A stretch of 64,000 nt of DNA, taken from positions 631,630-695,629 of the forward strand of contig NMRA01000030.1 of NCBI GenBank assembly GCA_002633005.1. The letters run 5' to 3'. This document shows, piece after piece, positions 10,601 to 22,600 of the stretch. Source of the DNA: Phoronis australis (lineage: Eukaryota > Animalia > Phoronida). A program made the translations under genes and the position numbers. The number at the start of each line of letters is the position of its first letter. Position 1 is the first letter of the stretch. Below the pieces are notes generated by a model, which did no database searches, had not been told where the DNA came from, and saw nothing but the letters and a program-made list of their open reading frames with translations.

Positions 10601-13600
10601 GGTGAGTTCCTGTGAAGGAGAGCTTTAGTGCCTTACTTTTCATCCTCTGTAGGCTACTTTAAGCTTACTAGCAAAATTGCTACCTTGTGTGAAAATGTTT
10701 AAAGTAGTAATCATCCCCTGTATCTGGTCTGTATGTGATGTGCATGTTGGGCCCATATCAACACTAACTATAGTGAGCATCTTCACTGCTCATTGTATGC
10801 AGATGTGCATGTTGGGCCCACATCAACACTAACTATACTGAGCACCATCACTGCTCAATGTATGCAGATGTGCATGTTGGGCCCACATCAACACTAACTA
10901 TACTGAGCACCATCACTGCTCAATGTACGCAGATGTGCATGTTGGGCCCACATCAACACTAACTATACTGAGCACCATCACTGCTCAATATATGCAGATG
11001 TGCATGTTGGGCCCATATCAACACTAACTGTACTGAGCACCATCACTGCTCAATGTATGCAGATGTGCTGCTTTTGTCACTAATCGTCTCCTTGTGTTTC
11101 AGTCACCCTCCAAGAAGACTCAGCAGATGTCTACCCTACTGTTTACTGCCTGCTGTGCTGCTCTATGTCACCATTCCTCTCCTGTACTTTCTGTTCCCAT
11201 GGATAGTTGTTGAAGTGGTGTTTTTAAATAACTGTGAGTATTCCAGATGTGATTTTCTGTGGGATGCTTTGATTGGCCTTCTACCTCATCATAAGTCACA
11301 AAACCTTCCATTGCTCACCACTTAGCATAATGCCATATTGCCAAATGTGACACGTTAAAATTTCCAGGCTGGTAAATACTTTTGTCCGAAAGTGATGCGA
11401 TCTTATCAAATGCGTTTTAACAGGGGAAGCTTTGTTGAAAGGTAGCCTTTGCAATTTGAGAGCCCTCCTTTTGTAAAAAACTCGAATTCCGTACACAATG
11501 TCATGGTAGAGTGTCAGTCTGCAGTGACTGAGTGTTTTTAAGCTTTTAGAATGAGCTGATGAAATATGCTGTTTGAACTAGCAAATTTGACAATTGGCTG
11601 ATTAAACTGCTTGAATTTGACCCCTTTTACCCATTTTGTGTGGTAGAAATGTTGGAAGAAGGCAGCGGTGAGGCAGTGGGTGGGGAAACTGAGCCATGTG
11701 TCAGTTGTGTTTTCCTTTTTAACTTTTCAGTGTGTATTCCCTTCACCGACTACACAGATCCTACTTTGTTTGGTCTGAATGGAACTCGTAATTTTTACCT
11801 GCAATCTGAACAAAATGTTCAGCTGGGAGTGTGGTAAGTCAACATTTAAAGATTATATTATGATTCTTTATATTCAAATAATTTATACCAACAATAACTC
11901 GTGAATAAATCTCACTTTCTGTCTATCAACTATTAACACAGGTGACTGACATAAGTAGTATTAAAGTACAAGTTGGAATAAGGAATAATCACTTACTTAG
12001 AGACGAATCAGTTGGATGCAGACATTTCGGCTTGGTCCGCCAGGCCTTTGTCAATGAATGAAGGGTTTCCTGAAAGTACAAGTTGCAAACTACATATCCA
12101 AGTGTTACAAATCCATGCTTTGGTCAACACAAATCGTCAAGGAAATTGCATACTTTGTTGGCAAGTATCATAATATGTTACTGCAGACTGCCATGTTACG
12201 TTATGTTATTTTGATTTACGCGTACGAATACGTGTGTTTCCCGCCATGTAAGTAGACTTGCTACTGTGTCGTTCTTGCGCCAGATGTGGCTTTCTCTAAC
12301 TATTTATTCTCGTGCTGCCCGTTTTGAACGCCATTCCACAAACGTTTATGGTGGAGAAACGTCAATTGATGTACATAGTTACTTTTAACGGAATTTTGGT
12401 TGGACTTGGGTCAATAACAGCGTAAGTACTCAGGTTTCTTGATATAAAATAGTTTATTTACATTCATTAGTATTAGTTTTGCCCTGTTCTGTCGGGTGTA
12501 TTTAACGTTTCGAATGTTTGCTATTAATGTATGCCTTTTGCCCGTTGTCATTTTCTTGGGCGTTGTCCTCGAAACTGTTACTGTACATACATGGTAGAGC
12601 ATTAAGCAATGAGTAAACTGGAACATAGTTTTTTGTTATATTTCAGTTAACCTACTATTACGCCTACTACTACTACTGCTACTTATTCTGACAATAAAAG
12701 AGTAAAACCCCCCGAGCCTGTTTTGTTTTGCTCCAGCATAATACTTCAAATGTCTTTGAATTATTGTTAGCCCATGAACCATTTATTTCCAACAAAAAGT
12801 CATAGTTGTTTAGAAAAAAAGCAAATGGGTGCACATTATTCTATTCACATGACATGTTTCTGTGGTCATCAAGGATAAGTGGACGTATGTTTTCATGAAT
12901 TGATGGTAAGATGATATGTAACTGTTATATAGGGGGGATTGCCATGCTACCACTAGATGGCACTGCCTCCTGTTGCTCAGTACATAGGTTATCCGTGCAT
13001 GGTTATTCAATTCACTTTGCAGGCACATTTTACCTGAGTCACTTGTCAAAGAGAGTGCACACCATGATGGCTACTATGAAGACTCTCTCTCAACAGGCTT
13101 ACCTGTCTTCTTGTATTTACATGGAAATGCATTCTCAAGGTCTGTTTCTTATTTTCCTTCATGGTTTGCAGAAAATCAATCTTGCTCTTTAAATTCAAAG
13201 AAAGACACCAAAAGTATGTTTTATTCAATTCCGCTGAATATTTACTACTTGCACAAATTTTCCAAAGTTACGTTTGAAATGAGGTGTTGTGTCCAAACTA
13301 CAAATGGTTCTGCTTTTTGGAACTCGCGCTTTCACGTTTGCGTTAAAATTAATGCTTAGAGGAGGCATGGTGTCCTAAACAACAATGCACAACAATCATT
13401 TTTTGCAGCACAACCAAAGTGTGCACATAGTGAATATTAGTGTCAAAGTGTCGCTGAATAAATGAGTGTTGAAACGAAACTGTTCTTCACTAGACATCTG
13501 GTTTAAAATCTATAATTTTACCATTCAGTATGGAAGGTACTACAATTTTCCACCCATTGAGTTTATTGTAAACACACACTCCATTGAATTATACCTGACA

Positions 13601-16600
13601 TGCACTTGAGTGTGTTTCAGGTTCATTGCTGCTATGGTTTTATTGACCAGGATGTTAATACTGAGAAACTTACAAATTAGAGAGTTGGGATTGAGCTAAT
13701 CTTTGTTAATCTCTTAAAAATGAACAATTTGAATATGGATGTTAACATAGATGAAATATTTCTATGGCTATGTAGAGTTTTGTTTCATTTCATGTAATAA
13801 CAAACAACGAAAGCACTTTAGAAAGTGACACTTGGAGAAAAATGATGATGTTGGCGATGATATTGATGGCAATGATAATGATCCCATGATCATGATGGTG
13901 ATGATTATGGCGATGATGATGATGGCGATGATGATGGTGAGGATCACGACAGCGATGATCATGACGTCGATGATCATGAAGGGGATGATCATGACGGCGA
14001 TGATCATGACGGCGATGATCATGACGTCGATGATCATGACGTCGATGATCATGACGGCGATGATCATGACGGCGATGATCATGACGACTATGATCATGAT
14101 GGAGATGATCATGATGGCGATGATCATGATGGCGATGATCATGATGGCTATGATCATGATGGCTATGATCATTATGGAGATGATGATGATGGCGATGATC
14201 ATGATGAGAAAAATGATTAAACTGTTTCACTGGCATAAGCACCTTTTGGTGAGTTACCCACTCACTGCCAAGGGCGAGTTGGCTGTTTTCCCATTCTTGA
14301 CCGAGTTTCTTCTCAATTTAATATTGGAGATAACTACAGTTCAATGAAATTGGTAGGTGATGGGAGTACAGTTTTACCACATCTAGAATGGAGGCCAAGT
14401 TTTTGATTTCTTTTGTGTTTTTGAGGGAATATTGTTCCTGTCAAATTACGATTCATGCAATGGCTTCTAAACTGTCCATGATCGAGGTTTAATTGACTCA
14501 AATTTAAATCTAATCTGATTCAGGATCCAAGTTTCAGATGTCAGGGGTGGCACTTGGAATGTACCTCAGCCGGCAGAGTATGAATTTCAACCAACATCCT
14601 TGACCATTGATCAGTGCTGCTGACAACTGGTGAGAACTCTGGTGACAACTGGTGACAACTCTGGTGACAATTTTGGTGTCAACTTTGATGTTAAGACAAT
14701 TATCGTGAAGCCACAAATATTGACGATGTTGACATGTTATCACCTCCAAAACTGGAAGTGGCAATGCTGCTGACGATACCGCATGGCATAACAAGAACGG
14801 GGCCAAGGACAATGATACTGCTGGCACTGACGACGATTATCACCATCATCATCAGTTATTTTTCAATACTTAGTTCATATCATATTTTGCTCTTTTCAAT
14901 CACAATATTTCTTATGTTATGATGATCTACTTTCCAGAGTTGCTCGTCACCGTGTGAGTTTGTACAAAGTGTTACAGAAAGCCAACTTCCATGTCATTGC
15001 CATGGACTACAGAGGTAAAATGTTTGTATCGTAAAGGTTTCCGTTCACTGGCATAGTTGATAAGGTGTTAGGAAGGTGGTTGAATGATTGTAATTTTGAT
15101 TTCTCGTCTTTATAAGACAGTGTTTCCCAGTGCCCAGTGAAGGTGTCCCTACTTCTAGTATTAGATGTGTTGTGGTCTGACATTAGGTATGTGGTGTCCT
15201 TTAACCCAAACAGGGCAATAGTCTGATATAACGTGTCTGTATTTTGAAAACCAGTTTGATTCCCGTTATTCAGTGGAGAAAACTGGTTCTCAAAATTCGG
15301 GCATGTTATATCAGACCATTACCCCAAACAGTCTGGCATTAGGTATGTGGTGGGCTTTAACCCAGACAGACTGGTATTAGGTATGTGTTGGGCTTTAAGC
15401 CAAACAGTCTGGTATTGGGTATGTGGAGGGCTTTAGCCCAGACAGTCTGGCTTTAGGTATGTGTTGGGCTTTAAGCCAAACAGTTTTGTATTTGGTATGT
15501 TGTGGGATTTAACTCATACAGTCTGGCATTAGGTATGTGGTGGGCTTTAACCCAGATAGTTTGGTACTAGGTATGTGGTGGGCGTTAACCCATGCAGTCT
15601 GGCATTAGATATGTCTTGGTTTTAACCAAGACAGTCTGGTATTAGCTATGTGTTGGTTTTAGCCCAGACAGTCTAGTATATGGTATGTGGTGGCTTTTAA
15701 CCTGTACAGTCTGGCATTAGGTATGTGGTGGCTTTAAGCCAGACAGTTTAGTATTAGGTACGTGGTGGTCTTTTACTCAGAGAGTTTGGCATGAGATATG
15801 TGGTGGTCATGGTCATCAGGAAGTGAAGATCTTGTTCAACAGAACTTGATGTAATTATTCATGGAGAGTCACGTTGTCAGTCCAGAAATAAAATGTTACC
15901 TCTTCCTCTAGGATTTGGGGATTCCACAGGTTCCCCAACTGAAGATGGCGTTGTGCATGACTCCAAAGTTGTATTCAAGTGGATTAAAGCCAAGAGTAAA
16001 AGTTCTCCAGTCTTCATACTCGGTCATTCGCTAGGCACTGGGTAAGACTTACATTATGGCTGATAGTGTTTTATGATGGTATTGTAAATGATACTTCTAT
16101 TTATGAGAACAACTTTTGCGGAATATATGCATTGATTGCTTGCACAACTTTTGTGTTTTTTGTTTCTCGTCCCATATATCATGCTCCATCTTGAAGTGAC
16201 TTGTGTTTTTGTTATGAAGGATGTCTCTGATAGATAAATAACTGATTGAATAAAACATAGAATATACAGTGTTTTCTCTAATATTTTGCTTATTTTCTAG
16301 AATTGGTACCAGAGCCACAGCAGAATTATGTGATGAGAGTAAGTTGTACAGTTGTAAGCTTTTATGTTCCAGTGAAATATTTAGTTGTTTACTAAAGGAT
16401 AGTACAGTATTATTGATTATCTGAACAGCATTTCTTTTTGACCTGGCATTTCCAAAATGACAAAATGAGACATTCTGGATTTCACTTTTCCTTAATCTGA
16501 CAGCATTAACAGATTGAAGTTATGTTTTATTTCAAAACCTAACACTTGACTTATTGGTGGACATAGATCTTTCTAAATCTTGTTGGTTTATGCTACTTGA

Positions 16601-19600
16601 AGTATTTAGAAAGCTGTTAAAGCCCCAAGCTGGGCCATCTTTGAAAGCTAATGTTTTGATTCTTGTTTAAGGGTGAATTGCTTTGTTTCTTGTTTTAGCA
16701 TTCCTAATTACAAACGATAGAATCAAGGACTCACTGGAGTTGATTGATTGATTGACTGACCAACTGACCAATCAACGATTGATTCAATGGATAACCTTTT
16801 ATTTCATTTTGAGATCTTTGTGAATGGGCTTGATTTAGTGCTGTGTGGAATTACTTTTAAATGCACTTTGAATTAAATGTTACATAGAAATTAAGTAAAA
16901 ATGCATCCTATACCCAGTAATTTCTTAAATCAGAAGCATACAGTGCTAAAGTATTCCACAAAATAATTTATTGTAATTGCCTCTTGTATTTAGGTGTGCC
17001 TCCTGATGGTTTGATTCTTGAAGCTCCATTCAATAATATTGTGGACGCAGCTAAACTTCATATCTTTGCCAAGGTGAGTTATGCCAATTTTAACATGTAC
17101 AATGTCATAGGTGCCATCCACACTACGAATTACCCTAGAAAAAGTTACTCCTGGAATGAGTTGTCATTGGGTTTAGTCGTGGTGTGGACGCAATTTTTTC
17201 TGGGGCAACTTGACACGTGTAACAACTTTATTGAGGTACAGTAACTTATTCTTAGATAATTTGCCTCAACGCGAGTTGCAGTGTGGACATAAACCATCTG
17301 TGCCCTTGGTCAGTTTCATGCATACCGAGTGTCTAATCTTGTTTGTGCCATATTTGTTACGAGCTGTAGTATATGTAGCGTAGTTTGGATGCTCAGCCGA
17401 ATGGGGCAAGTTATTCTAGAGCAAGTTGTTTTAGGTTAACTGTGTTATAGTGAGGACATGACGTATGAAGGTGGTTTATTTCATTGTTAATTTATATAAG
17501 GTTTTAAAGTACAAAGGTGTGTTAACATAATTAGGTAAAGTACTAATGTAGCAGGGTTAGTAAATTCAATTTTAACCTAAATGTAGTCCTAATATTCCAT
17601 GAAGTAACTCTGCCCAACATTTCTTACGGAAGTTTTTGCGTGTATAGATGTTGGTGGGCTAGAATACATAAACACCTTGTAATTTGATTTCAAAGAATGT
17701 CAGTGTGTTTATAACCGAAACTTGATAGGCCTGTGTTTTTTCCTTTATTTTTTGTACATTATAATAAACATTATATAGTAAACACTGTTGTTAGGTTCAT
17801 TATCTTTGCAATTTGAAATTAATTTTATTTGCAGCCTATGTTGACTTTGTATCCATATGCCGAAAACTTTATATTTGACAATCTTCACAAACAAAGTGTG
17901 TTCTTTGACAGCGAGAAGCAGTAAGTATTTGCATTTTTATTAATAATGTGTAATTAAGTTATAATGTGTTGTAGATTATGGAATTTTTATGTGCCTCATG
18001 TACATGTGTGGGTGCATATTTCTGTCTCTGTTTGGACGTCCAGCGTCTGCTGCTGTATCTCCAAAACCCCTTACAGGTTCTTCATAAAAGTATACAGATT
18101 TGTTCTGACAAAGCTGACCACAAATGATGACCTTTGGACAAATCCAACTACCATTGTGCAAGCTAGTGGCAATTTTAGTATTACACATTTGTCTTTGTAT
18201 CTTTGGAGTTCCTTGATGGTTTTCATAAAATTTGGCAAATGTAAGTGTTTGTTAGAGTGAGGCCTCCGGCCCACATTACAATGACTACAGACAACAATAG
18301 AGTGAGGCCTCCAGCCCACATTACAATGACTACAGACAACAAACTAATGTAGACTTATTAAATGATTTAGAAACATTTTTCTCAGTTTCGTGGGTACCTA
18401 CCTATCTACCTGGGTACCTACCTATCTACCTGAGTACCTATCTTCCTGAGTACCTGTCTACCTGAGTATCTACCTGAGTACCTATCTATCTACCTCCGTA
18501 CCTAACTATCTACTTGAGTACTTACTCCATTGGGTGGAGTGAGGGCAGAATAAGGGAGATCAAAACAAAGTTAAAGGACGGCCCAAATTGTTGTTTTGTT
18601 GTTTTAACTTATAGGTGTAATTTTTGTATTATTTGTGGATGTGTACACATCTAATGAGTTACATTCTAACAAGTAATGCAATATTATTGTGGATATGTAC
18701 ACATCTGATGAGTTACGTTCTAACAAGCACTTGCAATATTGTGACAGTTAGTAATGAGCAGTGGTTTGATTTATTTAGTATGCTTGGTATGTCCATGACG
18801 TGTTTGTAGCATGTTATTAATATTTTTGAAACTGACAATAGGTGTCAGCATATGCTGTCTATAAATTTCTTGTCATTGAAAGTGAACTAATTGATAAAAA
18901 GGAATAACATCAGATCTATGACGTAAGCAAATGGACATTTTGTTCCCGTGTACGAATAATTATAGTTTTATGCTCTGAAAGTTGTTATGTTGTCATTATT
19001 TCTTTTCTGAGGTTCATGACCCAGAAATTACTCATGTTTGGTACTAAATGAAACATGACATGTGTTATAGTCATTACATAGATCTTAAGGACATATCATT
19101 GACTAATTACTTCCTGTCACTGCTGTTTACAAAGACTTTTCCAAGCTGAGGGTGTAACTTAAGTTTAGCCCAAATTCTGTATTGATGATTACAGGAATAG
19201 TTGGATATAAAGTGCCAACATTTTGAGAACCAGTGGGGAAAACTGATTCTTAAAATGCAGTGTGTTTTATTAGATTATTGCCGGTGGTTACTCCGTCCTC
19301 TTGTTTCGCTTCACTTTTAATTTTAACGTGAGAAGATTCAAACTTCCAAGAACTACACAGTACTGATTAGATCAAACTGGTAAAATATTTAGAGGGCAGT
19401 AGACATTCCCGTTGAACCATCAGTGATCTCCCTTTAGTGCACAGTTTTATTGTGTACAATTAGTAAAGTTACCTTGCGGCATTAAAAAGCGAAACAAAGA
19501 GTTCCACCCCAAAACATTGACCAAGACTGTGTTTTTCAAAGATGACACAACTTGGGGCTTAAATTCTGTATTCCATGTTCTCAAACATTGATGACGTCGA

Positions 19601-22600
19601 TTTAACCTTTCTGGTTGGTGGAAATCTCTCGGCTAAATTATTTAATGCATGTCCTATTTATTGTTACTAGGGGTGTTCAAAGCCAGTCATTCCTTTATTT
19701 TAACCAACAGTTTCGTCAGTTGTATGAAACAGCACTGAAGTAGTAATATTTAGAAAAATACAGCCCTGGATGGCTTTGTGTTTACTGGTAATTCATAAAT
19801 AGTGAAATTCCAGGCTGTTCAATTGTTGGTGGACTGCCAGAAATTCAAAAATTATTTAGAAAATGGTAATTTTGAAATCATTTGAAGGAGTACATGCATC
19901 TTTTAGTAATGAATTCAGAACTAGATTGGTTTTGCAGTCAAATTTCATTTATGAAGTATTTCATTGAAAAGAAATGGAAAGAATGTCTTTATAAGGAAAC
20001 TAAAACCTGTTGCTCTCTACTTGCAGCATTCACCATGTGTCCATCCCCATACTCATACTGCATGCTGAAGATGACAAGATAGTTCCTTTTAAGTTGGGCT
20101 TAAAGGTATGTACCCCTCTCTCATAAAGTCCCAATAACACACTGAGGTCACTTGTCAGACTATCTGTTCATGTTTTGTTTCTATTTTCTTTCAGCAACTT
20201 ACTGCTTTTGTGTTGCAGTGCATTGCAATTTGAGTACTTTGTTGGCGAGTGACATCACTCATGAGTAAAGACACCAGAGGTTACTTAGTGATCTCTGAAT
20301 ACTCTTCTTATGATGTCATATCCTGTCATTGTTCTTGACAGTTGTTTAGTTTGGTATGTTGCACTATGTTATGTGTTGGTGAGTCAAGTGTGTTGCTTGG
20401 AAAAAGTTTATCTGTATTTCACTCTGTTAAGTGGCTGAAAAACAAAAATTGAATAAGGCCTTTCGCATAAAATGGGTCTCATAATAGTCCTTACTGACAA
20501 ACAATGCACAAATGTGCCATGTTGTCTTGCAATTTTAGTGTCTTCTATTTATGCTTTGTTTATTATTTATTTTGTTTCATTAGTCTTTCCATGTCAGTTT
20601 CATATTGATCATTGATCATTGATCATTTAAGCATTCTCTGTCATTTTTGTTTGTCTGTTTGTGTGTCTCATTGTCTTTGTATGTTTTTATTGAGGACCCC
20701 ATCAAAAGCAGTGAAAACTGATGGGGTTACTCTCATTGTAAATACCACAATGAAAATGCGCCATTATAAATTTTTGGGTTGGCCAACGCCAATAAACTCT
20801 GAAATGTTTTCTGGAGTTGCTTTTTCTCTATAATTTTAATGTTGAAATCCTATGACAGTAAGGAATATAATGAGACTGGTTTTTGAAATTAAAAGTTCTA
20901 ATTGGATTCTTCTGTTTAGTTAGATAAACATTGTGAAATACAGCTTAGTTTTATATTTGTCTTTAGAGAAACTGGTCAGTCATTTAAAAAACAAAATGAT
21001 TCCATTTTTGTGCTTCTTTATGTAGCATTGACAAGTTTAAAAAGTGGTCAAAAACATGGTTTTTTGTATACAAGTACAACCTGTAGCTTGCAATAAAGTG
21101 CAATTCAGTTATCATGAATTGCAGTTTTGTCACAGCTTAGAGGAGGCACAGATATACATGTTAGACACAATGTATCCAATCTGTCTGTTAACTACCTCTG
21201 GCAACCTAGTATGTTTGTTCATGAGAAAAGAATTGCAGTGGCGAGAACAAAAATGTATTTTAATGAGAAAGGAACCCAACGAATAACGATCAGCACTTAG
21301 ATCACTTGTTGAATTCTGGAAGAAGAAGTTAACGCTTTAAAATGAGGAGGCCATTGCAATGTGTGATGCACAAAGGGTTGTCTCCCCTGTTGTACTCTAA
21401 CATAAATTAACTACTGAAATTTGAACATGTATTTTGAACTCTGAACATGTACTAGAAATTGACATTTGCCCCCTGTGTAGTTGGTTGGCCCATTAAACAT
21501 TGTGTAAATAAAATAATCATGATTCACACCAATACACATCCTTTCCATTATGCAACCAGCTCTTATCCACCATGAGTGACAATTAAGTATGCAATGACAG
21601 CACATGTTGGCAGATTACATGGCTTTGTTTGCTTAACCAATAGCTTGTTGATTTGAGGTTTTTAACATTGCCATGCCTGTCTGGTGTAACTAGGTGTACA
21701 CAAATATGTACATGGTAATGTTAGCCATTGTAATGCTTTGCAAGAAATTATAGATTACTTTGATCTAGCTTAGTGTTTTGTAAGATATGTTAGAGCTTTG
21801 GCTTCTTCTATCCACACTACAGGCCAAATGACCCAGAATTCCCTGTCATGACGGCTTAGCACAAGTGGAATTCCCTGTCATAATGGCCGAGTGTAACAAA
21901 AATTCACCATCAGAGTAGCTAAAATGACCCGTCAATGGGGAAATGTTATTTTGTTCAATTTGCTTTGGCGTTTACTGTATCTCCACATTGTAAGAAACAA
22001 GGATGTGAATATACACAGCAGCTGTCACGTAAAAAGTGATTTGAAGCTTTTCTCTGTTGCAGTAATTTGTGACCTATTTTGTGGAAATATTATGAAAATG
22101 GTGTTTTTAAAGACTAGGAGCTTTGCTTTAAATCATCAAAATTTTACAAGCTGTTTAGTTCTTGGTGTACAGTACAATGTAATTAATTTAAGTAGAGTTC
22201 TTTTGATATTTATCTTCTCTAAGAAACCTGATTAAACAAAATGAAATTTCACTTTTCTGTAGTAATGTACAGTTACTGGTGAAGAAACATTTTTGAGTAG
22301 CACAAGTGAAACAAAGGATCACCATCTAGCTGTGTAATCTATGGACTTGCAGAGGCCTTATCCTAGAAATGCCACTCCCCCACCCCTACTTATTAACAGC
22401 ATCCTGCTGTCAGTCTATTTAGGTGACTGCAAGAGGAGTCTGTCTACATAACTGGTCACCTACTGACTCCACTTGTCCGTTTCAGTAATGTAACAATTTC
22501 ATTCAGACAAAGATTATTGCTAAACTGATACGTTGTAGTAACAAACATACAACTTCAAAATGACAAAAAAATCATGTGGTGCTATTTATTGTTTGTGAAA

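Noticed and set aside
10731-11068. Tandem arrays (also 15174, 50976, 60549) as CRISPR
   Set aside because: Head-to-tail repeats without unique spacers, eukaryotic context, no cas genes.
13768-14347. Met-rich and Ile-rich ORFs
   Set aside because: Alternative frames of the 15-bp minisatellite inside an ABHD12 intron; no splice or homology support.
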